The position numbers were made by a program, and so were the translations under genes. This document shows, piece by piece, positions 1 through 9,554 of a stretch of 24,000 nt of DNA. The notes beneath the pieces were generated by a model. It was given only the letters and a program-made list of their open reading frames with translations. It was not told the origin of the DNA and ran no database searches. The stretch comes from Serratia ureilytica. GTDB lineage: Bacteria; Pseudomonadota; Gammaproteobacteria; Enterobacterales; Enterobacteriaceae. The stretch is taken from the NCBI RefSeq assembly GCF_013375155.1, contig NZ_JABXOF010000008.1, positions 189,751 through 213,750 of the forward strand, read 5' to 3'. Position 1 is the stretch's first letter. Each line of letters begins with the position of its first letter.

Positions 1-717
1 TTGGTGTTCAAGGATCCGATCCTCGGGCTGGTGGCCGGCATTCAGCTCTCCGCCAACGACATGCTGAAGATCGGCGACTGGCTGGAAATGCCGAAATACG
101 GCGCCGACGGCGCGGTCACTGACATCGGCCTGACCACGGTCAAAGTGCGTAACTGGGACAACACCGTCACCACCATACCGACCTACGCGCTGATCTCCGA
201 CTCGTTCAAAAACTGGCGTTCGATGTCGGAATCCGGCGGGCGTCGCATCAAACGCAGCCTGAATATCGACACCGGCAGCGTGCACTTCCTGTCGGAAGAG
301 GAACAGCGCCGCCTGCAGCGCAACCCGCTGCTGCACAGCTACCTGAACGTCAAGACCCAGGAGCTGAGCCAGCATAACCAGGAGATCGCCGTCGATCTGG
401 CCTCGCCGCTCAACGGCCGCCGCCTGACCAACCTCGGCACGCTGCGCGCCTATCTGGAAGCCTATCTGCGTGCTCACCCGCGCATTCACCAGAACATGAC
501 GCTGATGGTGCGCCAGCTGGCGCCGACGCCGGAAGGCCTGCCGCTGGAAATCTACGCCTTCACCAACACCACGGTCTGGGCGGAGTACGAAAGCATTCAG
601 GCGGATATTTTCGACCATATCCTGGCGGTGATCGACGAGTTCGGCCTGCGCGTGCATCAGACGCCGACCGGCAACGACATGCGCGGCATGCTGCGACAAA
701 GCGCGAACGCTTCCTGA
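1..717 (+). CDS. ybdG: Mechanosensitive ion channel (MscS family, YbdG-like), C-terminal part. The 5' end lies outside the window.
   Basis: The frame is open from base 1 to TGA at 715-717. The translation ([60 protein letters not shown]...[10 protein letters not shown]...[26 protein letters not shown]) closely matches the E. coli YbdG C-terminal half as I remember it. The first codon, TTG, is internal and not a start. Confidence 0.9.
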   Translation: MVFKDPILGLVAGIQLSANDMLKIGDWLEMPKYGADGAVTDIGLTTVKVRNWDNTVTTIPTYALISDSFKNWRSMSESGGRRIKRSLNIDTGSVHFLSEEEQRRLQRNPLLHSYLNVKTQELSQHNQEIAVDLASPLNGRRLTNLGTLRAYLEAYLRAHPRIHQNMTLMVRQLAPTPEGLPLEIYAFTNTTVWAEYESIQADIFDHILAVIDEFGLRVHQTPTGNDMRGMLRQSANAS

Positions 718-849
718 CGTCGGCTGACGTAACTGTGTCTGCTGGTAATTATTCGCTTTCAATTGCCAGCAGATATCTCCATCCCCTTCTTTTCCCCGGC
801 GAAAACGGCGTTAATGCGCCCTCACCTTCACCACCGAGAGGGAAAGCCC

Positions 850-1119
850 TTGCTGAAACGGATACGTCATCGGCTGTTTACCCTGATGGCCACCCTGCTG
901 TTTATCGGCTGCCTGCACAACGCTTTGCTGGATGAAAGCCACATGCCCCGCAATCTGCAACCTTCGCTGAGCGCCCTCAGCAGCAACCTGCAGGACATTC
1001 GCGAAGTGCTGGCGCGCTGCGCCGGCGAGGAAGAGGAGGATCGCCTGAACGACGGCGGCATACGCATCGAAGCGCGCGCCGCCGGGGATGAGGAAGCGGA
1101 AGACAAACGCCAGACATAG
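850..1119 (+). CDS. Hypothetical small lipoprotein of about 89 aa. The start is uncertain.
   Basis: ORF 763..1119 shows GC3-rich codon usage typical of the flanking genes. An in-frame TTG at 850 follows a GAGAGGGA Shine-Dalgarno-like sequence (836-843). It would give M-LKRIRHRLFTLMATLLFIG-C, which has a basic n-region, a hydrophobic core and a lipobox-like FIGC. The mature part is acidic (EEEEDR...DEEAEDKRQT). Alternative in-frame starts are TTG 763 and ATG 814. I recognise no family. Confidence 0.4.
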   Translation: MLKRIRHRLFTLMATLLFIGCLHNALLDESHMPRNLQPSLSALSSNLQDIREVLARCAGEEEEDRLNDGGIRIEARAAGDEEAEDKRQT

Positions 1120-1142
1120 TGGGTTAAAAAACGCCCCAATTT

Positions 1143-1186
1143 GTTGCGTGATACGCAACACCCTACTATGATGCGTATAGCGCAAC
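1143..1186 (+). promoter_or_regulatory. Putative higBA promoter with two inverted-repeat operators.
   Basis: There is a perfect inverted repeat GTTGCGT-GAT-ACGCAAC (1143-1159) overlapping a -35-like TTGCGT (1144-1149). A 17-bp spacer separates it from a -10-like TATGAT (1167-1172). A related imperfect repeat, GATGCGTATAGCGCAAC (1170-1186), sits just downstream. GGAG at 1193-1196 precedes the ATG at 1205. This layout is typical of antitoxin-autoregulated TA promoters. Confidence 0.5.
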
Positions 1187-1204
1187 ACTCATGGAGCCAT
1201 CAGG

Positions 1205-1484
1205 ATGATAAGAAGCTTCAAGCATAAGGGACTCAAAAAGTTTTTCGAAACCGGTTCAACAGCAGGTATCGACGCCAAACAGGCGAAAAAAAATCGCGCT
1301 GCGGCTGAGCGTGCTGGATTTAGCGAAAGTGATTGATGACGTAGATCTGCCCGGCTTCTTCTTGCATCCGCTAACGGGCGCTCGCAATGGGCAATGGTCC
1401 GTCACCGTGACCGGTAACTGGCGCATCACGTTTGAACTGGTCGAGGGTGATGTTTATATCGTGAATTATGAGGACTATCACTAA
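1205..1484 (+). pseudogene. higB: higB (RelE/ParE-superfamily HigB toxin, also called plasmid maintenance system killer) disrupted by a +1 frameshift in an A8 run.
   Basis: ATG 1205 reads MIRSFKHKGLKKFFETGSTAGIDAKQAKK into the A8 run (1286-1293) and then stops at TGA 1334-1336. The next frame continues as IALRLSVLDLAKVIDDVDLPGFFLHPLTGARNGQWSVTVTGNWRITFELVEGDVYIVNYEDYH and ends at TAA 1482-1484, overlapping the higA ATG. Removing one A gives an uninterrupted 92-aa canonical HigB. The gene is absent from the ORF track because both pieces are short. Confidence 0.85.
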
Positions 1485-1771
1485 TGAACCGCATGCATAA
1501 TCCTCCTCATCCTGGCGAGTTGATCAAAGAAACCATGGAAACGCTGAATCTCAGCGCGCGCGCGCTGGCCAAAGCATTGGACGTCGCGCCGTCTACGGTT
1601 CAACGCCTGATCAGCGGTAAATCCGATATCTCGCCGGAAATGGCCATCCGCCTGTCCATCGTAATAGGCAGTTCCGAACAGGTCTGGATGGGAATGCAAG
1701 ATGCTTACGATCTGTGGCAGGCCAGGCAGTCCATCGACGTTTCCAAACTGCGCAAGCTGGACTTCGCTTGA
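1484..1771 (+). CDS. higA: HigA antitoxin (XRE-type HTH, HigA family).
   Basis: The 95-aa protein reads MNRMHNPPHPGELIKETMETLNLSARALAKALDVAPSTVQRLISGKSDISPEMAIRLSIVIGSSEQVWMGMQ.YDLW, the typical HigA-family HTH. Its start overlaps the higB stop (TAATG). Confidence 0.9.
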   Translation: MNRMHNPPHPGELIKETMETLNLSARALAKALDVAPSTVQRLISGKSDISPEMAIRLSIVIGSSEQVWMGMQDAYDLWQARQSIDVSKLRKLDFA

Positions 1772-1782
1772 CGCCTGCCCCT

Positions 1783-1813
1783 AAAAAAACACCGGCCTCA
1801 GCCGGTGTTTTTC
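1783..1813. terminator. Bidirectional rho-independent terminator between the convergent higA and proY genes.
   Basis: The structure is AAAAAAA-ACACCGGC-CTCA-GCCGGTGT-TTTTT: a perfect 8-bp stem (1789-1796 with 1801-1808) flanked by an A-run and a T-run. Confidence 0.85.
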
Positions 1814-1816
1814 CAT

Positions 1817-3223
1817 TTAGTCTTGCTGCGTCGCCAGCAGCGCGCGTTTTTTCTGGCGGTTGACCTTGAACCAGTACCCCGCCAACAGCAACACCACCCA
1901 GACCAGGCCGGCGTACAGCGAGACGCGCGTGGTCGGGAAGTAGCCGATCAGGCCGATGATGAACACCAGGAACACGATCGCCAGCACCGAGGTAAACACC
2001 CCGCCGCGCAGCGGGAACGCCAGCTGCTTCACCTGCTCTTTGCTCAGGCTGCGGCGGAAGGCGATTTGCGAGAACAGGATCATGATCCACACCCACACGG
2101 TGGCGAAAGTCGCCAGGGACGCGATCACCAGGAACACGCTCTCCGGCATGATGTAGTTGAGGTATACCGCCAGCAGCAGCGCCAGCATCATCACCACCAC
2201 CGTCACCCAGGGAATGCCGCGCTTCGACACCTTGCTGAACATTTTCGGCGCGTGGCCCTGCTCAGCCATGCCGTGCAGCATGCGGCCGACGCCGAACACG
2301 TCGCTGTTGATCGCCGACAGCGACGCGGTAATCACCACGAAGTTGAGAATGCCCGCCGCCACGGTGATGCCCATATGCTGGAAGGTCAGCACGAACGGGC
2401 TGCCGTTGGTGCCCACCTGGTTCCACGGGTAGATAGACATAATGACGAACAGCGTGCCGACGTAGAACACCAGAATGCGCCACGGCACCGAGTTGATGGC
2501 TTTGGGAATCGATTTTTTCGGATCTTTGGCTTCGCCGGCGGTGATGCCGATGATTTCAATGCCGCCGTAAGCGAACATCACCAACTGCAGCGACAGGATC
2601 ATGCCGATAAAGCCGTTGCTGAAGAAGCCGCCGTTCGACCACAGGTTATGAATGCCGGTCGGTTGCCCGCCGTTGCCGATACCCCAGATGATGATGCCGA
2701 TACCGGCCGCGATCATGATGATGATGGTGGCGACCTTGAAGAACGAGAACCAGAACTCCAGCTCGCCGAATACCTTGACGCTCATCAGGTTGATGGCGCC
2801 GATGATCAGCACCACGCTCAGCACCCAGATCCAGTGCGGCACTTCCGGGAACCAGACCCCCATATAGATGCCGAAAGCGGTCACGTCGGCGATAGCGACG
2901 ATCAGGATTTCAAAGCAGTAAGTCCAGCCGGTGATGTAACCCGCCATCGGGCCGAGGTAGTCCTGCGCGTAGCGGGAAAACGAGCTGGCCTGTGGGTTGT
3001 TGACCGACATCTCCCCCAGTGCACGCATGATGATGAAGGCCACGATGCCGCCGATCAGGTAAGCCAGCAGCACGCTCGGACCGGCCATTTTGATGGCGTC
3101 CGCCGAGCCGTAGAACAACCCGGTGCCGATGGCCGACCCCAACGCCATAAAGCGGATATGACGCGTACTGAGGCCGCGTTTCAGCTTATTGTCGGGGACA
3201 GTGGTGGGTGACTGTTGTTGCAT
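1817..3223 (-). CDS. proY: Proline-specific permease ProY (APC-family amino acid permease).
   Basis: The translation from ATG at 3223 ([55 protein letters not shown]...) is near-colinear with E. coli ProY as remembered. The track ORF start at 3265 is an upstream extension running into the brnQ terminator. Confidence 0.95.
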   Translation of the reverse strand: MQQQSPTTVPDNKLKRGLSTRHIRFMALGSAIGTGLFYGSADAIKMAGPSVLLAYLIGGIVAFIIMRALGEMSVNNPQASSFSRYAQDYLGPMAGYITGWTYCFEILIVAIADVTAFGIYMGVWFPEVPHWIWVLSVVLIIGAINLMSVKVFGELEFWFSFFKVATIIIMIAAGIGIIIWGIGNGGQPTGIHNLWSNGGFFSNGFIGMILSLQLVMFAYGGIEIIGITAGEAKDPKKSIPKAINSVPWRILVFYVGTLFVIMSIYPWNQVGTNGSPFVLTFQHMGITVAAGILNFVVITASLSAINSDVFGVGRMLHGMAEQGHAPKMFSKVSKRGIPWVTVVVMMLALLLAVYLNYIMPESVFLVIASLATFATVWVWIMILFSQIAFRRSLSKEQVKQLAFPLRGGVFTSVLAIVFLVFIIGLIGYFPTTRVSLYAGLVWVVLLLAGYWFKVNRQKKRALLATQQD

Positions 3224-3248
3224 GAAAATGACCCATAGTTTTAAACGT

Positions 3249-3274
3249 AAAAAAGCCACGGACATGTCCGTGGC
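3249..3274 (-). terminator. Rho-independent terminator downstream of brnQ.
   Basis: GCCACGGACATGTCCGTGGC (3255-3274) is a perfect palindrome. On the minus strand it is followed by TTTTTT (the plus-strand A-run at 3249-3254). Confidence 0.8.
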
Positions 3275-3296
3275 CCTAGATTAAGCCGGGGGATTA

Positions 3297-4613
3297 TCAG
3301 TGCGCGGTCACTTGGGAACGCGTGCACACCCGATCATAAATCGCGACCAGCGCCAGCATCAGCAGCGAAGGCGGCAACCATGCCAACCCCTGCTCCGCCA
3401 GCGGCAGGTGAGTGGTCCAGGCCGGCAGCAGCTGCTGGAAGCTGGACGCTTTCACCGCGTCAAGGATACCAAACAACAGGCTGACAAGCATCACCGGCGC
3501 GATGATGCGCGGCGCGCTGTGCCACCAACGCAGGGTGAAGCTCAGCACCACCAGCACGATGCACGGCGGGTAAATCGCGGTCAGCACCGGAATGGAGATC
3601 TGGATCAGGTGGCTCAGGCCGAGGTTGGACACCACCATCGAGAACAGGCCCAGAATAAACACCAGCGTCTTGTAAGAGAACGGCAGGTATTGCGCGAAGA
3701 ACTCGGCGCAGGCACAGGTCAGGCCCACCGCGGTCACCATGCAGGCGATGAAGATCAGCGCCGCCAGGAAGAAGCTGCCGAGGCCGCCAAAGGTGTTCTG
3801 AACGTAAGCGTGCAGGATCACCGCGCCGTTGGTGGCGTCCGGCACCAGCGCGCCGCTGCCGGAACCCAGTTTGAACAGGCTCAGGTACACCAGCGTCAGG
3901 CCCACGCCGGCGATCAAACCGGCCAGAATGGTGTAGCGGGTCAACAAACCGGCGTCTTTCACGCCGCGCGAACGCGCCGCGTTGACGATAACGATGCCGA
4001 ACACCAGCGCGCCCAGCGTATCCATGGTCAGATAGCCGTTAACGAAGCCGGAGGAGAAAGGCACGCTCTGATAAGCCGTCGTCGCCGGAATCGGCGCACC
4101 GGCAGGCCACAGCAGCGCGGCGATGCCCAGTACGGCCAGCGCGACGATCTTCAGCGGCGCCAGCACATGGCCGACGGTATCGAGCAGGCGGCCCGGATAC
4201 AGAGAGATGCCGATCACCAGCGCGAAGTACACCAGGCTGTAGATGAACAGCGGCATGGCGCCGTCGCCGGTCAGCGGGGCGATGCCCACTTCGAAGGACA
4301 CGGTGGCGGTGCGCGGCGTGGCGAACAGCGGGCCGACGGCCAGGTAGCAGACGGTCGCCAGCAGCAAGCCGGCGCCGCGGCCGATTGGCGAACTGAGGGC
4401 GTCGATGCCGCCGCCGACGCGCGCCAGCGCGATGACGGTGATGACCGGCAGACCGACGGCGGTGATCAGGAAGCCCAGCGCCGCAGTCCAGACGTGTTCA
4501 CCGGACTGCAAGCCGACCATCGGCGGGAAGATGATGTTCCCGGCCCCGACGAATAAGGCAAAGGTCATAAAGCCCAGTGCCAGGATATCTTTTGACGTTA
4601 AACGATGACTCAT
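3297..4613 (-). CDS. brnQ: Branched-chain amino acid transport system II carrier BrnQ (LIVCS family).
   Basis: From ATG 4613 the protein reads [57 protein letters not shown]..., which closely matches E. coli BrnQ. It is 438 aa. The track start at 4721 is an unsupported N-terminal extension. Confidence 0.95.
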   Translation of the reverse strand: MSHRLTSKDILALGFMTFALFVGAGNIIFPPMVGLQSGEHVWTAALGFLITAVGLPVITVIALARVGGGIDALSSPIGRGAGLLLATVCYLAVGPLFATPRTATVSFEVGIAPLTGDGAMPLFIYSLVYFALVIGISLYPGRLLDTVGHVLAPLKIVALAVLGIAALLWPAGAPIPATTAYQSVPFSSGFVNGYLTMDTLGALVFGIVIVNAARSRGVKDAGLLTRYTILAGLIAGVGLTLVYLSLFKLGSGSGALVPDATNGAVILHAYVQNTFGGLGSFFLAALIFIACMVTAVGLTCACAEFFAQYLPFSYKTLVFILGLFSMVVSNLGLSHLIQISIPVLTAIYPPCIVLVVLSFTLRWWHSAPRIIAPVMLVSLLFGILDAVKASSFQQLLPAWTTHLPLAEQGLAWLPPSLLMLALVAIYDRVCTRSQVTAH

Positions 4614-5098
4614 ACGATGTCGTGTTGCCTGTTCAAATGAAAAATAGTGTCCGATTGCGTGGTGGCGTGACGCCCCACCCGGTTGCCGGCATGCCCGATC
4701 GTTGCAGCGCCAAATAAGCACCCTAAACGCAGTTGATCCGGCGTTTATGTCCCTATTCGAAAGTGGCCGCTCATGAAGATGGGCAAAATTTTAGGAGTTA
4801 TAAAAATGGAGGTTTAATCCGACAACGAGGGCTAAGGTAAACGTTTATAGCGCTTCAAGGCAAGACGCACGGCGAAAAGCAGAGCTATCAACCATATAAA
4901 CTTTAGCCACCAGTCGATCATATTGGCTATCAATAAATATACACTACATGATTTGTATCATTTTTGAACAGCAAATTCACGAAACGTGAAGCATATATCT
5001 CTTTATCGCGCGAAAACGCCAATAAATGCCCGATTTTCGCGTGGCATAAGCTCCGTTTGGCCGTAAAAAAAGGCGAAAATTACGCCGATTTTTGTCGC

Positions 5099-6061
5099 TT
5101 ATTGCATCGTTGCAGACGCAAGCGGTGGCAGCCCTAACGCCTGACGGGTCTTCTGCAGGGTGGCCGGCGGCAGCGGCAGATAGCCGTCATGGTTGACCAG
5201 GCTCTGGCCTGGTGTCGACAGCACGCGATCGAGGAACGCGGCGGTTAGCGGCTCCAGCGGTTGATGGGGGGCTTTGTTGATGTAGATATACAGATAGCGC
5301 GACAGCGGGTAGCGATCGTTGCGCACGTTGGCGGCGGTAGGCGCGACATAGTCCTCTCCCGACTCCGCCAATGGCAGCAGCCGCACGCCGCTGGCGCGAA
5401 AGCCAATGCTGGCGTAGCCGATGCCGTTGAGCGAACCGGCCACCGCCTGCACCACCGAGGCCGAGCCGGGCAGCTCATTGACGCGCGGCATAAAATCGCC
5501 GCCGCACAGCGCACGCAGTTTGAAATAGCCGTAGGTGCCGGACGCCGAGTTGCGGCCGAAACGCTGCAGCGAACGCGTCGCCCAGTCGCCACTCAGCCCC
5601 AGCTCGCCCCAGCGCGTCAGCGGTTTGCTTTCGCCGCAGCGCCGGGTGGCGGAGAAAATGCGATCGAGCTGCTGCAGATTGAGGCCGCGCAGCGGATTGT
5701 CCTGATGCACCAACACCACCAGTGCATCCACCGCTACCGGCACCGCCAGCGGCGCATAGCCGTAACGGTGTTCGAACGCCGAGACCTCGGCCGCCTTCAT
5801 CGGCCGGCTCATCGGGCCCAGCTGCGCGGCGCCCGCCGCCAAGGCGGTCGGCGCGGTCGACGAACCGGCGGCCTGGATCTGCAGGTTAACGTTGGGGTAA
5901 TGCTGACTGAAATCCTGCGCCCACAGCGCCATCAGATTCGCCAGCGTGTCGGAACCGACGCTGGACAGGTTGCCCGCCAGCATGCCGTCGGGCTGCGCCA
6001 GCGCGCCGCGTCCGGCCAGCAGCGCCAGGCAAAGCAACAGCCCTCGGGTTATTCGGGTCAT
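5099..6061 (-). CDS. PstS-family periplasmic phosphate-binding protein (PBP-like type 2 domain), encoded directly after phoR.
   Basis: The 320-aa protein has a Sec signal ([24 protein letters not shown]). It carries PstS-family hallmarks: [26 protein letters not shown] and GSASVVQAV. It starts 14 nt after the phoR stop, and no pstCAB genes are adjacent. Confidence 0.85.
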   Translation of the reverse strand: MTRITRGLLLCLALLAGRGALAQPDGMLAGNLSSVGSDTLANLMALWAQDFSQHYPNVNLQIQAAGSSTAPTALAAGAAQLGPMSRPMKAAEVSAFEHRYGYAPLAVPVAVDALVVLVHQDNPLRGLNLQQLDRIFSATRRCGESKPLTRWGELGLSGDWATRSLQRFGRNSASGTYGYFKLRALCGGDFMPRVNELPGSASVVQAVAGSLNGIGYASIGFRASGVRLLPLAESGEDYVAPTAANVRNDRYPLSRYLYIYINKAPHQPLEPLTAAFLDRVLSTPGQSLVNHDGYLPLPPATLQKTRQALGLPPLASATMQ

Positions 6062-6075
6062 ACCGGTGTCTCGCG

Positions 6076-7392
6076 TTAATTTTTCACCGCATTCTCTGAT
6101 AAAGCGGCGGGAACAATCAACCGATTGGGTAAGGTAAAGATAAAGCGGGTGCCGATCCCCGGTTCGCTGAGGATCTCCAGCCGCGCGTCGTGATGGCTGA
6201 GCGCGTGCTTGACGATCGCCAGCCCCAGCCCGCTGCCGCCGGTCTGGCGCGAGCGGGCCTTGTCGACGCGGTAAAAACGCTCGGTCAGGCGCGGAAGGTG
6301 TTCGGCGGCGATGCCCGGCCCGTTGTCGCTGACCTGGAACTGCGCGCCATGCGCCGTCTGTTGCCAGCTCACTTCGATATGGGTGCCCTTCGGCGTGTGG
6401 TTGACCGCGTTGTACACCAGGTTAGACACCGCGCTGCGCAACTGGTCTTCATTGCCGAACACGTTGAGCTGTTCGTTCACCCGGAAGGTGATCTCATGAT
6501 TGCCGCCGCTCAGCGATTGCGCCTCGCGCTGCAACACCCGCAGCATCAGCGGGATATCCACCCGCTCGTTCATGTCGACATTGGGCGCCGCCTCGATGCG
6601 CGACAGCGTCAGCAGTTGCTTGACCAGCCCGTCCATCCGGCGGGTCTGCTCTTGCATGGTGCTGAGCGCCTTGCTGCGCAGCGAACCGTCCTGCTCTTCG
6701 TCGCCCATCATCTCCAGGTAGCCCTGCAGCACCGTCAGCGGCGTGCGCAGCTCATGGCTGACGTTGGCGAAGAAGTTGCGCCGCGCGCCCTCCAGCTGGC
6801 GCATCTGGGTGACGTCGCGCGCCACCATCAGCAACTGCCCTTCGGAATACGGCATCACGCGGAATTCGACGTAGTGTTCGTTGTTCAACTGCAGCGTCAG
6901 CGGACGCGAAAACTCCTGCTGTTGCAGATAGTGGCTGAATTCCGGATAACGCAGCAGGTTAAGGATGTGCTGGCCGTTGTCTTCCGGCCAGCGGAAGCCG
7001 AGCAGATGCTGCGCCAGCCCGTTGCACCAGAAGATGTTGCCCTCGACGGTGGTCATCACCACCGCGTCAGGCAGCGATTCGGCCCCGCTGCGAAAACGCT
7101 TGATAAGCAGCGCCAGCTCGCGCCGGCGGCGGCGGTTGCGCTGCTGCATCTGATACAGGCCATAAAACAGCGGCTCCCAGCTCCAGCGGCCGGGCGGCGG
7201 CGTCATGCTGCGGTCGATCCACAGCCAATGGGAGAGTTTGAGCTGGTTGTAGAAATTCCACACCAGCGCAGCCAGCGCGGAGGCCAGCAGGAACCAGGGC
7301 AGATAACCGAAAATCAGCCCCAGCAGTAAGGCGGGCAAACAAAAAAGAGCCAGCTCCAGAGCCAGCCTCTTCCACGACAGACGTTCTAACAC
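6076..7392 (-). CDS. phoR: Phosphate regulon sensor histidine kinase PhoR.
   Basis: [10 protein letters not shown]...[16 protein letters not shown]...[14 protein letters not shown]...; H-box [23 protein letters not shown]; ATP-binding boxes [30 protein letters not shown]. It is near-colinear with E. coli PhoR. Confidence 0.97.
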   Translation of the reverse strand: MLERLSWKRLALELALFCLPALLLGLIFGYLPWFLLASALAALVWNFYNQLKLSHWLWIDRSMTPPPGRWSWEPLFYGLYQMQQRNRRRRRELALLIKRFRSGAESLPDAVVMTTVEGNIFWCNGLAQHLLGFRWPEDNGQHILNLLRYPEFSHYLQQQEFSRPLTLQLNNEHYVEFRVMPYSEGQLLMVARDVTQMRQLEGARRNFFANVSHELRTPLTVLQGYLEMMGDEEQDGSLRSKALSTMQEQTRRMDGLVKQLLTLSRIEAAPNVDMNERVDIPLMLRVLQREAQSLSGGNHEITFRVNEQLNVFGNEDQLRSAVSNLVYNAVNHTPKGTHIEVSWQQTAHGAQFQVSDNGPGIAAEHLPRLTERFYRVDKARSRQTGGSGLGLAIVKHALSHHDARLEILSEPGIGTRFIFTLPNRLIVPAALSENAVKN

Positions 7393-7416
7393 GGCATATT
7401 CTCCAGCGCAGCGCGA

Positions 7417-8106
7417 TCAGTAGCGCGTTGAGAACCGGTAGCCGGTGCCCCGAACGGTTTGAACCATTTTATCATGCCCACTGGTTTCTAACGCCTTGCG
7501 GAGCCGACGGATATGCACGTCAACGGTACGGTCTTCCACATAAACGTTAGTGCCCCAGACGTGATTAAGCAACTGCTCACGGCTATAAACCCGCTCCGGG
7601 TGGGTCATAAAGAAGTGCAGCAGCTTGAACTCGGTCGGCCCCATGTCCAGCGCCTGATCGTTCGCCATCACGCGGTGGGAGGACGGGTCCAGGCTCAGCC
7701 CTTGCATTTCAATCACCTCCTCCACCGCCATCGGTGAAATGCGGCGCATGACCGCCTTGATGCGCGCCACCAGCTCCTTGGGCGAGAACGGCTTGGTGAT
7801 GTAATCATCCGCCCCCACTTCCAGGCCGCGTACCCGGTCTTCTTCTTCGCCGCGCGCGGTCAACATCATCACCGGGATATCGCGGGTCAGCGCTTCGCGC
7901 TTCATATGTTTGATAAACTGAATGCCGGAACCCCCGGGCAACATCCAGTCAAGCAACACCAAATCAGGGAACGGCTCAGACAGACGCGTCACGGCGCTGT
8001 CATAATCCTCGGCTTCCAACGGTTGGTAACCATTTTGTTCCAACACAAAGCACACCATCTCACGGATCGGCGCTTCGTCTTCCACCACCAGTATGCGTCT
8101 TGCCAT
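7417..8106 (-). CDS. phoB: Phosphate regulon response regulator PhoB (OmpR family).
   Basis: From ATG 8106 the protein reads [38 protein letters not shown]...[17 protein letters not shown]...[12 protein letters not shown]. This is 229 aa, the same length as E. coli PhoB and near-identical to it. The track ORF start at 8121 adds 5 unsupported residues. Confidence 0.97.
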   Translation of the reverse strand: MARRILVVEDEAPIREMVCFVLEQNGYQPLEAEDYDSAVTRLSEPFPDLVLLDWMLPGGSGIQFIKHMKREALTRDIPVMMLTARGEEEDRVRGLEVGADDYITKPFSPKELVARIKAVMRRISPMAVEEVIEMQGLSLDPSSHRVMANDQALDMGPTEFKLLHFFMTHPERVYSREQLLNHVWGTNVYVEDRTVDVHIRRLRKALETSGHDKMVQTVRGTGYRFSTRY

Positions 8107-8145
8107 CGTCAATCCTGCCAATGTGTTAGCGACTTTTCGGGCGCC

Positions 8146-8179
8146 ATTATGCGTCAGTTTTGTGACACTTTTATGAAAA
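8146..8179 (-). promoter_or_regulatory. phoB promoter: Pho box (PhoB binding site) plus -10.
   Basis: The minus strand reads TTTTCAT-AAAA-GTGTCAC-AAAA-CTGACG-CATAAT. This has the same architecture as the E. coli phoB Pho box (7-bp direct repeats with 4-bp A/T spacers replacing a -35), followed by a -10 CATAAT (8146-8151). Confidence 0.85.
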
Positions 8180-8261
8180 AAACCGGCTGTTATAGGCAGT
8201 AAGCATAGCGATTATTTCCCGGCGCAAAGAAAAATCATTCCATGGTCATCGCCATTGCGCC

Positions 8262-8290
8262 GGGACAGCCGCCGCCGCGGCCTTTATAAT
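8262..8290 (+). promoter_or_regulatory. Putative sigma70 promoter of sbcDC.
   Basis: A -35-like GGGACA (8262-8267), a 17-bp spacer and a consensus -10 TATAAT (8285-8290) lie about 30 nt upstream of the sbcD ATG. This rests on sequence pattern only. Confidence 0.35.
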
Positions 8291-8321
8291 CATCGCCATT
8301 ATCTTTGCATCCGGGAGTGTC

Positions 8322-9554
8322 ATGCGCCTGATCCACACCTCTGACTGGCATCTTGGCCAGTACTTTTTCACCAAAAGCCGCGCCGCCGAGCACCAGGCTT
8401 TTCTGAACTGGCTGATCGAGCAGATCGAGCAGCAGCAGGTGGATGCGCTGATCGTCGCCGGGGATCTGTTCGATACCGGCTCACCGCCCAGCTATGCCCG
8501 CGAACTGTACAACCGCTTCGTGGTGGAACTGCAGCGCACCGGCTGCCAGCTGGTGGTGCTGGGCGGCAACCATGACTCGGTGGCGACGCTGAACGAATCG
8601 CGGGAGCTACTCTCCTGCCTGAACACCACGGTGATCGCCAGCGCGCAGGGCGCTCCGGAACAGCAAATCGTGGTGCTGAACCGGCGCGACGGCCAGCCGG
8701 GCGCGGTGCTGTGCGCCATTCCGTTCCTGCGGCCGCGCGATCTGCTCACCAGCCGCGCCGGCGAATCCGGCGCACAGAAACAGCAGGCGCTGCAGGAAGC
8801 CATCGCCGAACATTATCAGACGCTGTATCAGGCGGCCTGCGAGCGCCGCGACCAGCTGGGCTTGCCGCTGCCGATCGTCGCCACCGGCCACCTGACCACC
8901 GTCGGCGTCACCACCTCCGACTCGGTGCGCGACATCTATATCGGCACCCTCGACGCCTTCCCGGCGCAGGCTTTCCCGCCCGCCGACTATATCGCGCTGG
9001 GCCACATTCACCGCGCGCAGAACGTCGCCAAATCGGAGCATATTCGCTATAGCGGCTCGCCGATCCCGCTCAGCTTCGATGAGCTGGGCAAAGCCAAAAG
9101 CGTCTTCCTGGTGGATTTCGCCGACGGCACCCTGCAGCGGGTTGACGCGTTAACGATCCCGCAGTTCCAGCCCATGCAGCTGATCAAAGGCGATCTGGCC
9201 GAGATCGAACGGCAGCTGCGGCAATTTGCCGACTATGCCGGCGAGCGGCCGGTGTGGCTGGATATCGAAGTGGCGACGCAGGACTACCTCAGCGACATCC
9301 AGCGCCGCATCCAGCTGCTGGCGGATGAGCTGCCAGTGGAAGTGGTGCTGCTACGGCGCAGCAAAGAGCAGCGCCGCCAGGCGATTGCGCAGCAGGATAA
9401 GGAAACGCTGAACGAGCTGAGCGTCAACGAAGTGTTCGAACGGCGCCTGGCGCAGGAGGCTGAGATGCCCGAAACGCGTCAACAGCGGATGCGCCAGATG
9501 TTCCGCCAGGTGGTCGAGGCGGTGCAGCATAACGCCGAGGAGACGAATTCATGA
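8322..9554 (+). CDS. sbcD: Exonuclease SbcCD, nuclease subunit SbcD (Mre11-like phosphoesterase).
   Basis: [13 protein letters not shown]..., GDLFD, GGNHD and LGHIH phosphoesterase motifs are present. It is colinear with E. coli SbcD, and its stop overlaps the sbcC start (ATGA at 9551-9554). Confidence 0.95.
   Translation: MRLIHTSDWHLGQYFFTKSRAAEHQAFLNWLIEQIEQQQVDALIVAGDLFDTGSPPSYARELYNRFVVELQRTGCQLVVLGGNHDSVATLNESRELLSCLNTTVIASAQGAPEQQIVVLNRRDGQPGAVLCAIPFLRPRDLLTSRAGESGAQKQQALQEAIAEHYQTLYQAACERRDQLGLPLPIVATGHLTTVGVTTSDSVRDIYIGTLDAFPAQAFPPADYIALGHIHRAQNVAKSEHIRYSGSPIPLSFDELGKAKSVFLVDFADGTLQRVDALTIPQFQPMQLIKGDLAEIERQLRQFADYAGERPVWLDIEVATQDYLSDIQRRIQLLADELPVEVVLLRRSKEQRRQAIAQQDKETLNELSVNEVFERRLAQEAEMPETRQQRMRQMFRQVVEAVQHNAEETNS

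Noticed and set aside
1805-3211. A 468-aa plus-strand ORF antisense to proY. Similar long antisense or off-frame ORFs occur at 3300..4556 (+), 5261..6079 (+), 6190..7329 (+), 14553..15554 (+), 15780..16394 (-), 17322..17966 (+), 17795..19315 (+), 19696..21612 (+) and 19976..20986 (-).
   Set aside because: Each lies opposite or out of frame to a gene with unmistakable homology. Their translations are low-complexity Arg/His/Gln/Ala/Pro-rich strings with no recognisable motifs. Such shadow ORFs are expected in roughly 60% GC DNA, where stop codons are rare.
3224-3265. N-terminal extensions suggested by the ORF track for proY (to 3265), brnQ (to 4721), phoB (to 8121), rdgC (from 15696) and hasA (to 21741).
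   Set aside because: Orthologue N-termini as remembered start at the internal Met in every case. The extensions run into terminators, promoters or Pho-box sequence and lack ribosome-binding sites, whereas the internal starts give the orthologue-length proteins.
4773-4817. A 14-codon mini-ORF ([14 protein letters not shown]) in the AT-rich intergenic region.
   Set aside because: It has no Shine-Dalgarno sequence and is too short to distinguish from chance without conservation or ribosome profiling data.
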